Below, piece after piece: positions 35,301 to 47,482 of a stretch of DNA of 64,000 nt (within the stretch, counting starts at the first letter, position 1; every line of letters begins with the position of its first letter). Source of the stretch: Phyllobates terribilis. Its lineage: Eukaryota. The stretch lies in the NCBI RefSeq assembly GCF_046119375.1, contig NW_027362767.1, positions 403,868,001-403,932,000 of the forward strand. Direction: 5' to 3'. The notes below the pieces were generated by a model, which worked only from the letters and a program-made list of their open reading frames with translations, was not told where the DNA came from and searched no databases. The position numbers and the translations under genes were made by a program.

Positions 35301-37776
35301 TGTAGCGTCGGAGTCCCTGCCTCCTGCTAGGCAGGGACGCTGTTCCCCTCACCTCTCCGCTCCGTGCCCGGCGTCCTCCTCCCGCTCTGCTGGCAGCGCG
35401 CGCTGCTTCCCGGCCACCGTGCTTAAGGCGCGCGCGCTCCCCCTCTCTTAAAGGGGCCGCGCGCGTCGTCCTAAGGAGTCCCCGGCCAATGGCCGGAGGA
35501 CCTCACCATATATAAGGCACCTCCTCCAAAATGGAGGTGCCCGAGCAATGTTGTTGCAAAGCCTTCACTCTGCTTCAGCCCTCAGGTCCCGTTACCAGTT
35601 ACCTGCCAGATTCCTGCTTGATACCTGCCTGATACTTGTCTATCTACTTGCATTCCTGCGGTCCGACAGTCTGCCTACCAGTCTGTCTATGGATCTGATT
35701 GCCCGCTCACCTGGGAGCGCTCATCTGCTACCTGCCTGCTAGCCTACCTGGAGGCTCTGCCGTCACGTGCTGTGACCACCTGCCTGCCCAGAGACTCTTA
35801 CCCGCTCACCTGGGAGCGTCCGCCTGCTACCTGCCTGCTAGCCTACCTGGAGGCTCTGCGGTCACCTGCTGTGACCACCTGCCTGTCCAGAGACTCTTGC
35901 CCGCTCACCTGGGAGCGTCCACCTGCTACCTGCCTGCTAGTCTATCTGGAGGCTTCGCCGTCACTTGCCGTGACCATCCGCCTGTCAAGAGACTGTTCCC
36001 GTCACTTGCCGTGACCTCCTGCCCTTCTACCCAGAGACTGTCCCCGTCACTTGCCGTGACCTCCTGCCCTTCTACCCAGAGACGGTCCCCGTCACTTGCC
36101 GTGACCTCCTGCCCTTCTACCCAGAGACTGTCCCCGTCACTTGCCGTGACTACCTGCCCGCCTACCCTGGGAGCCACCGCTTCCTTACAAGGACTGCCCC
36201 TTTGTATCGTAGCTCAGAGGTTCCACCTCCCTGACCCGTTACACTTGTATTATACTCCAGAGCTGCACTCACTATTCTGCTGGTGCAGTCACTGTGTACA
36301 TACATTACATTACTGATCCTGAATTAGACCCTGTATTATACTCCAGAGCTGCACTCACTATTCTGCTGTTGCAGTCACTGTGTACATACATTACATTACT
36401 GATCCTGAGTTACATCCTGTATTATACTCCAGAGCTGCACTCACTATTCAGCTGGTGGAGTCACTGTGTACATACATTACATTACTGATCCTGAGTTACA
36501 TCCTGTATTATACCCCAGAGCTGCACTCACTATTCTGCTGGTGCAGTCACTGTGTACATACATTACTGATCCTGAGTTACATCCTGTATTATACTCCAGA
36601 GCTGCACTCACTATTCTGCTGGTGCAGTCACTGTGTGCATACATAATATTACTGATCCTGTGTTACATCCTGTATTATACTCCAGAGCTGCACTCACTAT
36701 TCTGCTGGTGCAGTCACTGTGTATATACATTACATTACTGATCCTGAATTACATCCCGTATTATACTCCAGAGCTGCACTCACTATTCTGCTGGTGCAGT
36801 CACTGTGTACATACATTACATTACTGATCATGAGTTACATCTTGTATTATACCCCAGAGCTGCACTCACTATTCTGCTGGTGCAGTCACTGTGTACATAC
36901 ATTACTGATCCTGAGTTACATCCTGTATTATACTCCAGAGCTGCACTCACTATTCTGCTGGTGCAGTCACTGTGTACATACATTATATTACTGATCCTGT
37001 GTTACATCCTGTATTATACTCCAGAGCTGCACTCACTATTCTGCTGGTGCAGTCACTGTGTATATACATTACATTACTGATCCTGAATTACATCCTGTAT
37101 TATACTCCAGAGCTGCACTCACTATTCTGCTGGTGCAGTCACTGTGTACATACATTACATTACTGATCCTGAGTTACATCCTGCATTATACCCCAGAGCT
37201 GCACTCACTATTCTGCTGGTGCAGTCACTGTGTACATACATTACAGATCCTGAGTGACCTCCTGTATTATACTCCAGAGCTGCACTCACTATTCTGCTGG
37301 TGCAGTCACTGTGTACATACATTACTGATCCTGAGTTACATCCTGTATTATACTCCAGAGCTGCACTCACTGTGTACATACATTACATTACTGATCCTGA
37401 GTTACATCCAGTATTATACTCCAGAGCTGCACTCACTATTCTGCTGGTGCAGTCACTGTGTACATACATTACATTACTGATCCTATGTTACATCCTGTAT
37501 TATACTCCAGAGCTGCACTCACTATTTTGCTGTTGTCACCAACCTGTTACACTGTAGTGAGGTTACTCTCTGTCCGTATAGTGGTAAATGGGAGACTTAC
37601 ACAACAGTTTATTAACCTGGTGAACATGAGCTTAGAGTTTTATAAGTGAAATTTGCTTTATTTTCACAAATTTTGTGCAGAAAAGTAGAATTATAAAATA
37701 CTGTAAGTAAATAACTTTAGGTGGTTATACACAGGCCTATACATATATTATGTAAATCGTATATATAGTTCATGTA

Positions 37777-38502
37777 CAGTATTGTGCACAGGGTTTAGGC
37801 AGGTGTGGAAAATGCTGCACAGTGAGAAGCTTTAAAAAAAAAAAAAAAAAATAGAAGAAGTGTTAATATTTATTCGTATTGATCTGAAAAGTGAATGAAC
37901 AAAAGAAAAATGTAAATCACATCAATATATTTGGTGACCGCTCTTTGCCTTCATCAATTCTTCTCGGTACTTGTCAATTGTACACGGATTTTGAAAGAAC
38001 TCGGCAGGAGGTTGTTCCCAACATCTTGGAGAGCTGACCACAGATCTTCTAGTGCAAATCCTTCTGTCTCTTCATTCGATCACAGACTGGATGATGAGAT
38101 CAGGGCTCTGTGGGGGCCGAATCATCACTTGCAGGACTCCTTGTTCTTCTTTACACTGAAGATCGTTCTTTATGACATTGGTCGGATGTTTGGGGACGTT
38201 ATCCGGCTGCAAAATAAATTTGGAGCCAATCTGACGCCTCCCTGATGGATAAGTATCTGCTCAGCATTGAGGACGCCATTAATTCTGACCAAGTTCCCTC
38301 TTCCATTTTCTGTCTGGGATCACATGAAGAGATAGAAGAATTTGCACAAGTGACATCCACACAAGATCTGTGGTTAGTTCTCGAAGATGTTTGGAACAAC
38401 CTCCTGCTGAGTTCTTTTTTAGCTCATTCACTTTGCATTTTGGTAATAATAAACTATTAGCACTTATTTATGAATGCAGTCTCACTCTCTGTATTTCATT
38501 GT

Positions 38503-38506
<4 letters not shown>
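37777..38506. mobile_element. Truncated Tc1-like remnant followed by (TA)n
   Basis: TA-CAGTATTGTGCACAGGGTTTAGGCAGGTG Tc1-type end; absent from the homologous flank of paralogue A; no right TIR seen. Confidence 0.55.
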
Positions 38507-38550
<44 letters not shown>

Positions 38551-38598
38551 CAGAGTTACAAAAATAGACATGGTTCGGCTCCAGGTGACACGTTGGGC

Positions 38599-38754
38599 TT
38601 ATCTACAGGGCTCGAGGTTGTGACACTTCACGGTGACGGATGAGTTTGTGATCCGAGCTCCGTACCATCCTTTCCAGAATTTTGTGTCTTTACCTCTGTG
38701 ATCAAATTTCACGTATCGGACACCGGGTCCATAGTGGCGGAATTCATAGGAAAC
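38599..38754 (-). CDS. FBA-family F-box lectin paralogue B (FBXO27-like), last exon
   Basis: VSYEFRHYGPGVRYVKFDHRGKDTKFWKGWYGARITNSSV; 156 nt as in paralogue A. Confidence 0.92.
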   Translation of the reverse strand, partial: VSYEFRHYGPGVRYVKFDHRGKDTKFWKGWYGARITNSSVTVKCHNLEPCR

Positions 38755-38900
38755 CTGAAGAGACAAAATCATAAGTGACCGGATATTACTAAACATACAA
38801 GAAAGAAAAAGTTGCCTGTAGAGGGTGACCCAGCATTGGGGTCTGCAGTGAAGGGGGCAGGCCGCTAGCCTCATTTGAATCGCAAGGCCAGCCCCCTTTA

Positions 38901-39440
38901 AAAGGGGTTGTTCAATACTTTCTATGATCCCCCCCAATGTATTCTCCCGGGGCCTATAACACTTTTTACAAATACCTTGCGATGCAGCTATTGCTGGCCG
39001 CTCACAGGCATCACGCGACCCCCGGCTGCAGCCGGCTCTGACATCCACTGACGTCATATCATGGTTCCGGATGCAGCCGGGGTTCTCTCTCTTCTGCGTT
39101 CCACAGGTGGATGCTGGGCTGTTGGCGGGGTTACCCCCCACGTCATACCCGGCATCCACCGCACGCTCTCCCTCTCCCCATTCATTGGGAAAGCATGTGG
39201 TGGATGCTGGGTGTGACGTGCTGGGTAACCCCGCCACAGCCCAACATCCACCACGGGGACCGTGTCACTGATGTCACGCCTCCCTTGACGTGACGTCAGC
39301 GGGGGGTCACGTGATGCCTGTGAGTGGCCAAGGAGAGCGCCGCTCACAGGCAGAAACTGCATCACAAGGTATTTGCAAAAAAGTCTTATATGTCCTGGGG
39401 GGATACATTGGGGCATAATATAAAGTAGTGAACATCTTCT
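38901..39440. mobile_element. Palindromic TTAA-target (T2/Kolobok-like) MITE
   Basis: TTAA flanks, AAGGGGTTGTTCAATACTTT / AAAGTAGTGAACATCTTCT ends; related copy at 48848-49387. Confidence 0.7.
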
Positions 39441-39535
39441 TTAATTTATGCATCAGCCATAAAAGGGATCTGGCTTAGCGATTCCCATGAGCAGTCCGTG
39501 TCCGTTTCACTATATATGATCTGACTATATCCTAC

Positions 39536-39674
39536 CTCTTGATAATGTGCGTCGTTCCACTGGGGGATGGGTTCGGGGTCCAAAGAAAACTCCTTTAGCA
39601 CAGTTTGTTTATTTTCCGCCAAGAGTTGCACTTTTATTTTGTAGACACATCCGCAGTCACACCGTCCGGCGTAC
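39536..39674 (-). CDS. F-box lectin paralogue B, coding exon 4
   Basis: WYAGRCDCGCVYKIKVQLLAENKQTVLKEF...PEPIPQWND; 139 nt. Confidence 0.92.
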
Positions 39675-40497
39675 CTACAGGAAACGACCCGGGCGTCAGA
39701 TGTCGTGCCGTCTAGGGTGGATTTACACGTCTACACATTTTAGCATCTTTACTATATGGATCTGAAATGTCCCATCAGTGGTGGCGATGAATGTGGATAG
39801 GCGATAAAATTTAACTTATTCAATGAGACCTGTGTAATACTTCACTGTTCCCTATGGTGGCGCTGCAGGGGGGCTGAACATTTGCTTGTTCTCCCATCGA
39901 ATGAAGCCAGTTGCTTGGGATTGTTTAACATGGCAGTAACCCATTAATGTTCAATTTACCATATAATGTATTAAAAAAAAATGGGACAAATGATGAAGAA
40001 AAAATACAAAGCACAATTCCACTACTTTTTTTAATTTATTTGTTTTGACTGTATTCAGGGTGTGGTAAAAAATTACCTGGCAGCATGGTTCTTCGGGTCA
40101 GCACGATTACATCCATACCAAACTTTTACATTTTTATGTCCATCACTTTGTTGCATTTTTCTTTTTGAAAAATGCAAAAAAAATTAGTTTTACATTCATT
40201 TTATGGGATAAATATATAAATATTTTGACTTTTTTTTTTTTTTTTTAGATTTTTAATTATTTTTCTTAGGTGAAGAGTCTATTGGTAAATTATTGATCTC
40301 ATAAAATTTAGCCACACAAGACAGAACTAGGGGGCTTCAGAAAACCCCCACTGCCATAGCATACCCATCAGCACAACACTGATTTTTTTTGGTGCCAGCT
40401 GTACAACACAGCTGACACTCACACTGGATGGAGCAGGATCCTCTGCATGGAAAGAACTGTTTAAATTTAGGTATGTAACGTGAATCTAATAACCCAC

Positions 40498-40593
40498 CAG
40501 TCAGATATGCAGATGCAGGGCTGGTGCACGTCCAGGAAATGCTCCGCCAGTCCTTCCTGTAACAGGTCTATGATCTGACTCTTCCTGCACCAC
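40498..40593 (-). CDS. F-box lectin paralogue B, coding exon 3
   Basis: WCRKSQIIDLLQEGLAEHFLDVHQPCICISDW; 96 nt. Confidence 0.92.
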
Positions 40594-40910
40594 CTACAGG
40601 GGGAGGTATATGGTTATTGTGCATTAAGACGCTCTGATTTCTGTCTATATACGAGTAGATCAGCGCTTGTTTATGACAGGTTCAGACTGTATGGGAGTAG
40701 GTAGATCTTTCGGCCCCCATACGGCGTGCACACTGTCTGTAGCACATCCACTGTCTACATAAGGCAATGTGAGATTTAATGGCTCCGCGGATTACACAGG
40801 CCAATGATGGGGAACGTTCATGGTTATGATATCTCCATTCTGAATTATTGGGCAGTGTAAATGAGCCTTTAGTTACTGAACAGTCTGCAGGAGGTCACCT
40901 GATCACTCAC

Positions 40911-41022
40911 CCGAATGAGGTGACAAAGCAGGTTGTTCTCTCCGCACCGTCTAAAACCGAGCAGTTCTCCTCCACCTTCCACCCATCGCCTCCATGTTTA
41001 GCTTCCCAGTGCTTCAGTTGTT
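40911..41022 (-). CDS. F-box lectin paralogue B, coding exon 2
   Basis: EQLKHWEAKHGGDGWKVEEN...TCFVTSFG; 112 nt. Confidence 0.92.
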
Positions 41023-41565
41023 CTGCAGGAAATCAGATTTATACAACATAAGGAGTCTGGCGACCATGAACCCATCCTCCAGTCCGTCACAGTTTTAGCT
41101 GCATGGAGGCATAAATCTGTAACGCTGCGTCCTCTCCCATGTCGGTCTAGGGTGGCACCGTTTCTTCTGATGGACACCATTCTCTGGCGTCGACCCGGTC
41201 AGTGCCCACCAAGACGGACTTCTAATCTTCACTGCACATACAGCGATGGCCTCGTCCTGCGAAGATTAGAAGAAAGTCGTGATGGGTGCTGACAGCTCAG
41301 ACACCAGCCATCTACATTAGGATGGGAAGGGGATGAGTGGACGGAGCGCACCTCAGAAAAGCAGAACAGCGCCTACGTGCTCAGACACCGACCGGCTGCT
41401 AATCAGACGGAAGTGATGACGTTCTGTTTGAGCCTGTGCCAACCGTGATGAGGGTTTCAACTGTATGTATTATTTGGACTACAGTTTTGGTATCGACAAC
41501 CCCTTTAAGGGCCTTTTACTCTAGATCACATATATCAAACTCTGGCCCACAGAATGAGTCTACTT

Positions 41566-41985
41566 AACGCCGGGACGGGTCCCCCGAGTCCATTTGGCCC
41601 GCGACGCCGGGACGGGTCCCCCGAGTCCATTTGGCCCGCGACGGGTCCCCCGAGTCCATTTGGCCCGCGACGCCGGGACGGGTCCCCCGAGTCCATTTGG
41701 CCCGCGACGGGTCCCCCGAGTCCATTTGGCCCGCGACGCCGGGACGGGTCCCCCGAGTCCATTTGGCCCGCGACGGGTCCCCCGAGTCCATTTGGCCCGC
41801 GACGCCGGGACGGGTCCCCCGAGTCCATTTGGCCCGCGACGGGTCCCCCGAGTCCATTTGGCCCGCGACGCCGGGACGGGTCCCCCGAGTCCATTTGGCC
41901 CGCGACGGGTCCCCCGAGTCCATTTGGCCCGCGACGCCGGGACAGGTCCCCCGAGTCCATTTGGCCCGCGACGCCGGGCGGGTCC
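41566..41985. repeat. CpG-rich minisatellite (29-bp core, 66-bp dimer period)
   Basis: 12 copies of GACGGGTCCCCCGAGTCCATTTGGCCCGC with GACGCCGG inserted after alternate copies. Confidence 0.95.
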
Positions 41986-42954
41986 CGTTCTGTGTATTTG
42001 AGTTTAACATCCCTGCACTAGACAATTGTTCTGACTGGTGACTGTGTGAACAGGCCCAACAATCAAACCACTATCCATTTCATTATTACCGTTTGTTGGT
42101 GGTACAGCCCCTTGTTTAAAAAAAAAAAAAAAAAAAAATTAAAGCAAGTTTTTATGATAAAAAAATAACTTCAAAGGTTAAATCATTTTCAGATTTCAAG
42201 AAGAAAAAAAAATCTAAGTATATTTGTTATCCCTGCATCCGTGAAAGTCTAGTCAAGACACAAAAATACTTAACCAATGTGGTAAATGAAATATGGGGTA
42301 AAAAAAAAAAAAAATAAATAAAAATAAAAAATCGAAATGCCAGACCGAATTGCTGTTTTTTGGTCACCGCTCCTTCCCACAAAATGTAATAAAAAATAAA
42401 TAAAAAAAAAAAGTGATCAAAAAGCCTCTAATTGGTATCACTAAAAACGAGCTCCACGACGGCATAGATCAGTGTGGGGCCGGGGGAAAGAGAGCAGCTC
42501 TCTCTGTGATCGAAAGGACTGTGTGTCAGCGCTGAATCCGGACTATAAGAAGCACTCCCTTTTCAGCAAGATTTTTTTCTGGCTAAAAAATGCCTCTTCT
42601 AGTCGGAAAAGATCCTAGTTACTTACCGGTAACGGGATTTTACAGAGCCCATGACAGCACCACCTGAGAGAGGGTATCCGCCCACCAAGGACAGGAACCT
42701 ACTGAATAAAAAGGTGGTACCTCTCCTCCGCGTCAGTTTTGTTTCAGAGCATGAGAGGGCCTCCGAAGACAGGTTAATACATAACCACCACCTCAATATT
42801 TGTACTAAACACCTTAAAAAGTGCACACCACAGTGATAAAGGGGAGGGAATTAATAGGGTGCTGTCATGGGCTCTGTAAAATCCCGTTACCGGTAAGTAA
42901 TTAGGATCTTTTCCCCTTCTCCCATGACAGCACCACCTGAGAGATTTATAGAGA

Positions 42955-45797
42955 TCAAATACCAGAGGGAGGGATCACCGCTTGCAACACCCTTCTACCA
43001 AAGGACAGATCAGTAGAAGAGGAAAGGTCAAGACGGTAATGTTTGTAAAATGTAGCGGGGGATGACCAAGTTGCCGCCTTACATAAGATATCGATGGGCA
43101 CATCCACCTTCTCAGCCCAGGAAGCAGCTACCGCTCTGGTGGAATGGGCCTTCAGGTTCTCAGGAACCGGCAGATTGCTAGAAGAGTAGGCTAAGGTAAT
43201 AGTATCCCTGACCCATCTAGCTATGGTCCCTCTTGTAACCTTAAGTCCTTTCTTAGCCCCCTGAAAGGATATAAATAAGGCGTCACTCTTTCTCCAGGCT
43301 TTTGTCACTTCCAAATACTGGACTAACACCCTCTTAACATCTAAGGTGTGAAGCTTATGTTCCTCAGAATCCCTAGGATTAGGATAGAAGGAAGGGAGAG
43401 TGATTACTTGCGTCCTATAGAATTTGGAGGCTACCTTTGGAAGATAGGCCGGGTCTGGTCTTAAGATTACTCTATCCGTACATACTTGAGTGAATGGATG
43501 GTTAACGGATAGTGCATGTAAGTCACTGACTCTACGAGCTGATGTCAGGGCTACCAGTAGAGCAGTCTTTAAAGTTAAGATTTTTTTCTGAAACCTTCTC
43601 TAAGGGCTCGAAGGGAGGTTTGGTTAATGCTTCCAGAACTAAATTAAGGTCCCAAGGAGGCATTCTTGGAATAGGAATAGGTCTGGATCTATGACGAGCT
43701 TTAATAAATCTAATGATCCATCTATTTGCTGCCAAGTCATAATTTTACAGTGCCCCCAGAGCTGATACCTGCACCTTAAGAGTACTGGTGGCTAGTCCCA
43801 TATTTAACCCCTTCTGGAGGAATTCTAGTATGGCCTCAATAGGAATCCTCCCTTTGGCGGACTGACCCAAGGTAGACAAGAACTTAGCCCAGGTTCTACC
43901 ATAGATTCTAGTTGTTATCGGCTTTCTACTTGCCAGAAGGGTAGTAACAAGATCCGGAGAAAACCCCCTTTGCGTCAATAGCGACCGCTCAGAATCCAGG
44001 CCGTCAAATGCAGGCCCGCTCTTTGGGGATGACAGACTGGGCCCTGCCTGAGGAGATCCGGGATGTCCGGAAGAACCCATGGATCTGCTTGGGACATTCT
44101 CTTCATCCAAGTGAACCATGGTCTCTTGGGCCAGAACGGGGCGATCAATATAACCCTCGCCCGTTCCTCTCGGATCTTCCTCAGGATAGTAGGGATCAGT
44201 ACTAAAGGGGGAAAGGCATAAGCTAGAGTGAAATCCCACTGAATCTGCAGCGCGTCCACCGCAAACGCCCCCTTTTGGATTCAGGGAGCAAAAGGTCTCG
44301 GTCTTCCGATTGTGTCTGTTTGCAAATAGATCTATCTGGGGCTGTCCTCATAGACCCACAATCTGCTGAAAAACGTCTGGATTCAACTCCCACTCTCCTT
44401 GTTTCAAGATGTGACGACTCAAGAAATCGGCCTTTATGTTCTCTTCCCCTTTTATATGCAGCGCCGAGAGCGTAACCAGCAGACTCTCGGCAAACCTGAA
44501 GATCTGATCCGCTACTAACATCAGAGGGAGAGACCTGGTACCCCCCTGATGATTGATGTAGGCGACTGTTGATCTGTTGTCTGACATTATCCTGACGTGA
44601 GGACCCTGAAGAACAGAACTGAATTCTTTTAGAGCGTTTCTCGCTGCCAACAGCTCTTTCATGTTGGAAGAGAGACTTGTCTCGCTGTCCGACCAGAGGC
44701 CTTGTACAGAACGATCCCTTAGGTGAGCTCCCCAACCTTCTGCACTTGCGTCTGTTGTAATTGTATCCGACACCTGGAAGGTCCAAGGAACCCCCAAAGA
44801 TAGGTTGACCGGAGATGTCCACCAGTCCAGGGAGTTGATCACGACATCTGGAAGAGATATTTTCCCATTCAGACGACCTTTGAGCCGCCTGTCCGCTGCC
44901 AGAATCTCCTGTTGAAGACATCTGGAATGGTACTGGGCCCACTGAACCGCCGGGATGCAAGATGTCATTGTACCCAACAGAGACATTGCACTCCTCAGGG
45001 TCATGGTCGGATTGCTGATAACCTGAGATATTAGGGATCTGATCTTCAGCTTTTTTTCCTCTGGCAGAAGACAGGTTTGGTTTTCTGAGTCCAGAATGAG
45101 ACCCAGGAAAGACTGAACCCTCTTTGGTTCCAGCCTTGACTTCTCCAGATTTAACAGCCAACCTAGGCGTCTTAGACTGGCCATGACGTCCGCCAGGGCT
45201 AGAGCACAGAGTTGACTTGATCTGCCCACTACTAAGAAGTCGTCCAGATAAGGGATGACCAGAATATCTCTTTCCCTCAAGTGCGCTGTGACCTCCAGAA
45301 TAATTTTTGTGAAGACCCTCAGCGCCATGGAAATGCCAAAGGGAAGAGCTGCGAACTGAAAATGCCTTACGTGCCTGCCGAATTGTACAGCTACTCTTAG
45401 AAACTGTTGATGATCTGGCCAAATCGGGACGTGGTAGTAGGCGTCCTTCAGATCGAGGACGCACATAAAACAGTCCGGAAATAACATCTTTATGGCCGAT
45501 TTTATGGTTTCCATCTTGAACGGCCTGTAGATTAAATGGTCGCTCAGCCTCTTTAAGTTCGCAATGGTCCTGAAGGAGCCGTCCGGCTTCTTTATTAGGA
45601 AGAGAGTCGAATAGAATCCTCTTCCTTGCTCGGGTGCAGGTGTTTCCACCAGAACTCCTTTCATGAGCAGAGAGAGAACTTCCTGCTGTAAGGCTATCTG
45701 TTCCGCTAAACTCCTGGGGGCTGATATTTTGACAGTGTTCTTGGGCCTGCTTTTGAACTCTAATGTGAGCCCCCTCCTGACTATCCCTAGGATCCAA
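42955..45797 (-). pseudogene. DIRS tyrosine recombinase ORF, frameshifted
   Basis: KAHSTRAVAASWA...ATWSSPATFYKHY catalytic motifs; PPWDLNLVLEAL; overlaps the RT ORF in another frame; several frame breaks. Confidence 0.88.
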
Positions 45798-45871
45798 GAA
45801 TTGGATGAAATTTCCTTCCAGGCAGGCAGGAAGTGGGACAATCTTCCTCCCACCTGGGGGGGAACTGTCAC
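43975..45871 (-). pseudogene. DIRS RT / RNase H / methyltransferase-like ORF
   Basis: LDLKDAYYHVPI, LPFG, YLDD, TTDAS, DLFA and YAFPP motifs; stop at 44348 and a frameshift near 44270. Confidence 0.92.
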
Positions 45872-46032
45872 TTAGGGGCTTTCTTATTCTCGGAGGAGGG
45901 ACCCCCGAACATGAAGCCTCTGTTATACGGCTTTCTGTCTTTCCAGCTACCTTGGACTCTGGGAGCTTTACTGCGGCTGTATTTTCTCTTCCGAAAGGAG
46001 CTGTTAAACCGGGAACCAGTCACCGTGGGAAA

Positions 46033-47366
46033 TCAATGTTTTTTGTCTGCGGCTTTATCTAGGATGTCATCTAGACCTTTGCCGAACAAGAAGTCCCCCT
46101 CACAAGGGATTGAGCACAGTTTAGACTTTGACTGCACATCCCCTGACCAGCTCTTGAGCCATAGCGCCCTACGGGCTGCATTAGAGAGGTTTGCAGACCG
46201 GGCAGCCAGCCTAACTGAATCTGCCGATGCATCTGCCAGGAATGCAGCCGCTCCCTGCACAAGAGGAAGGTCCGATAGAATTTTCTCCCTGGACACATTC
46301 CCCCTAATCTGGTCTTCCAATTGTTGAAGCCAGATCATCATAGATCTAGCGGTGCAGGTGGCTGCTACTGCCGGTTTAAGGGCCCCTGCTGACGACTCCC
46401 AGGCTTGTTTAAGGAAGGACTCCGCTTTTTTATCCAGCGGGTCTTTTAAGGCTCCTAAATCGTCAAAGGGCAGAGTGGATTTTTTTGAAGATTTTGAAAT
46501 GGCCACGTCAATCTTAGGGGTTTTGTCCCATTTAGCCGCATCCTCATCCTCAAAGGGGTACCTCCGCTTGGAGGATGACGGCAGCTGACCCTTCCTCTCC
46601 GGTTTCTTCCATTCCCTTTCTATCAGAGATTTAATCCTGTCATTGACCGGGAATGAGCGTCTCCTCCTTTGGTCTAAGCCCCCGAACATAACATCCTGGA
46701 CTGTTCTGGGCACCTTGGTATCGGTAATACCCATAGTCCCTCTGACGGCTTTAACTAGTCTCTCAGTATTATCAACCGAAAAACAAGGTCTGCCCCCCCC
46801 CCATCATCATCCGAAGACTCCGATGATGATGAGGAGAGATTAGAGGAGGAAGGCAGTTCTCTTGCAAAACGGGACTCCACTGATTCCTCTGATTTTGAAG
46901 AAACTAGTTTTCGCTTCTTCTTTTTGCGTGAGGTTAAGCCTCTTAAAGACTCTCTGACCTCTGTTTGGATTAGATCCTTTAATTCTAAAGAAAACCTATG
47001 GGACTCCTCTGCAATGGTTTTCTGAATACAGTCCGAGCAAAGGTTTTTGGCATAGGAGGTGGGAAGACCGATTTTGCATAAAGCACACTCCCTGTTTTTA
47101 CTTTTAGCACTACACTTCGCCTCCGGAGGCGGTGGTTGCCGTTCACATGAGGGCTCCCATCTGGCGGAGGTGGACTGACGAAGTCTTTTCTGACCAGTCT
47201 TGCCGGAACTCGCACGCCCTCCACTGCTGTGACTTTGTCGATGGGAAGATTCTCGATGCTCCACTTGCTTAAGCTGCTTGCGCTGCTTTGATGGCTGTGG
47301 CTGCTGCTGTACCTCCTGTGGCGGTGACAGATGCTGCCCAGGTGACTGCGGCTCCTCATTCATCAT
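46033..47366 (-). pseudogene. DIRS gag (Cys-finger plus LAP2alpha-like domain), frameshifted
   Basis: ATG 47366 in good Kozak context; CALC...CSDC; RRYPF...WDKTPKID...LKDPLDKKAE; frame change near 46750. Confidence 0.8.
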
Positions 47367-47451
47367 GGCGGGGATGCAGACACCGCCATCTTGATTGCTT
47401 CCCATCCTTAAAAGCAGTAGGGCTCCACCCCTTCCGGCAGCGTGCTCATTT

Positions 47452-47482
<31 letters not shown>

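Larger units (their letters stand above)
30136..36243 (+). mobile_element. Full-length Ty3/gypsy chromovirus (sushi-like)
   Basis: LTRs 30136-31089 and 35301-36243 (TG...CA), 5-bp TSD CTTGT, polypurine tract about 35287-35297, gag then pol (PR-RT-RH-IN-chromo). Confidence 0.98.
27515..37540. repeat. 86-bp satellite (about 3.9 kb net) interrupted by an LTR retrotransposon
   Basis: Unit CCAGAGCTGCACTCACTATTCTGCTGGTGCAGTCACTGTGTACATACATTACATTACTGATCCTGAGTTACATCCTGTATTATACT; 81- and 96-bp variants; a 430-bp (5-mer) higher-order block is visible at about 28000-28900. Confidence 0.97.

Noticed and set aside
27482-37649. Dozens of ~64-aa ORFs (MYIHYITDPEL...)
   Set aside because: Translation artefacts of the 86-bp satellite; frames shift with every unit.
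41535-42041. Multi-frame repeat proteins
   Set aside because: Consequence of a stop-free GC-rich 66-bp period.
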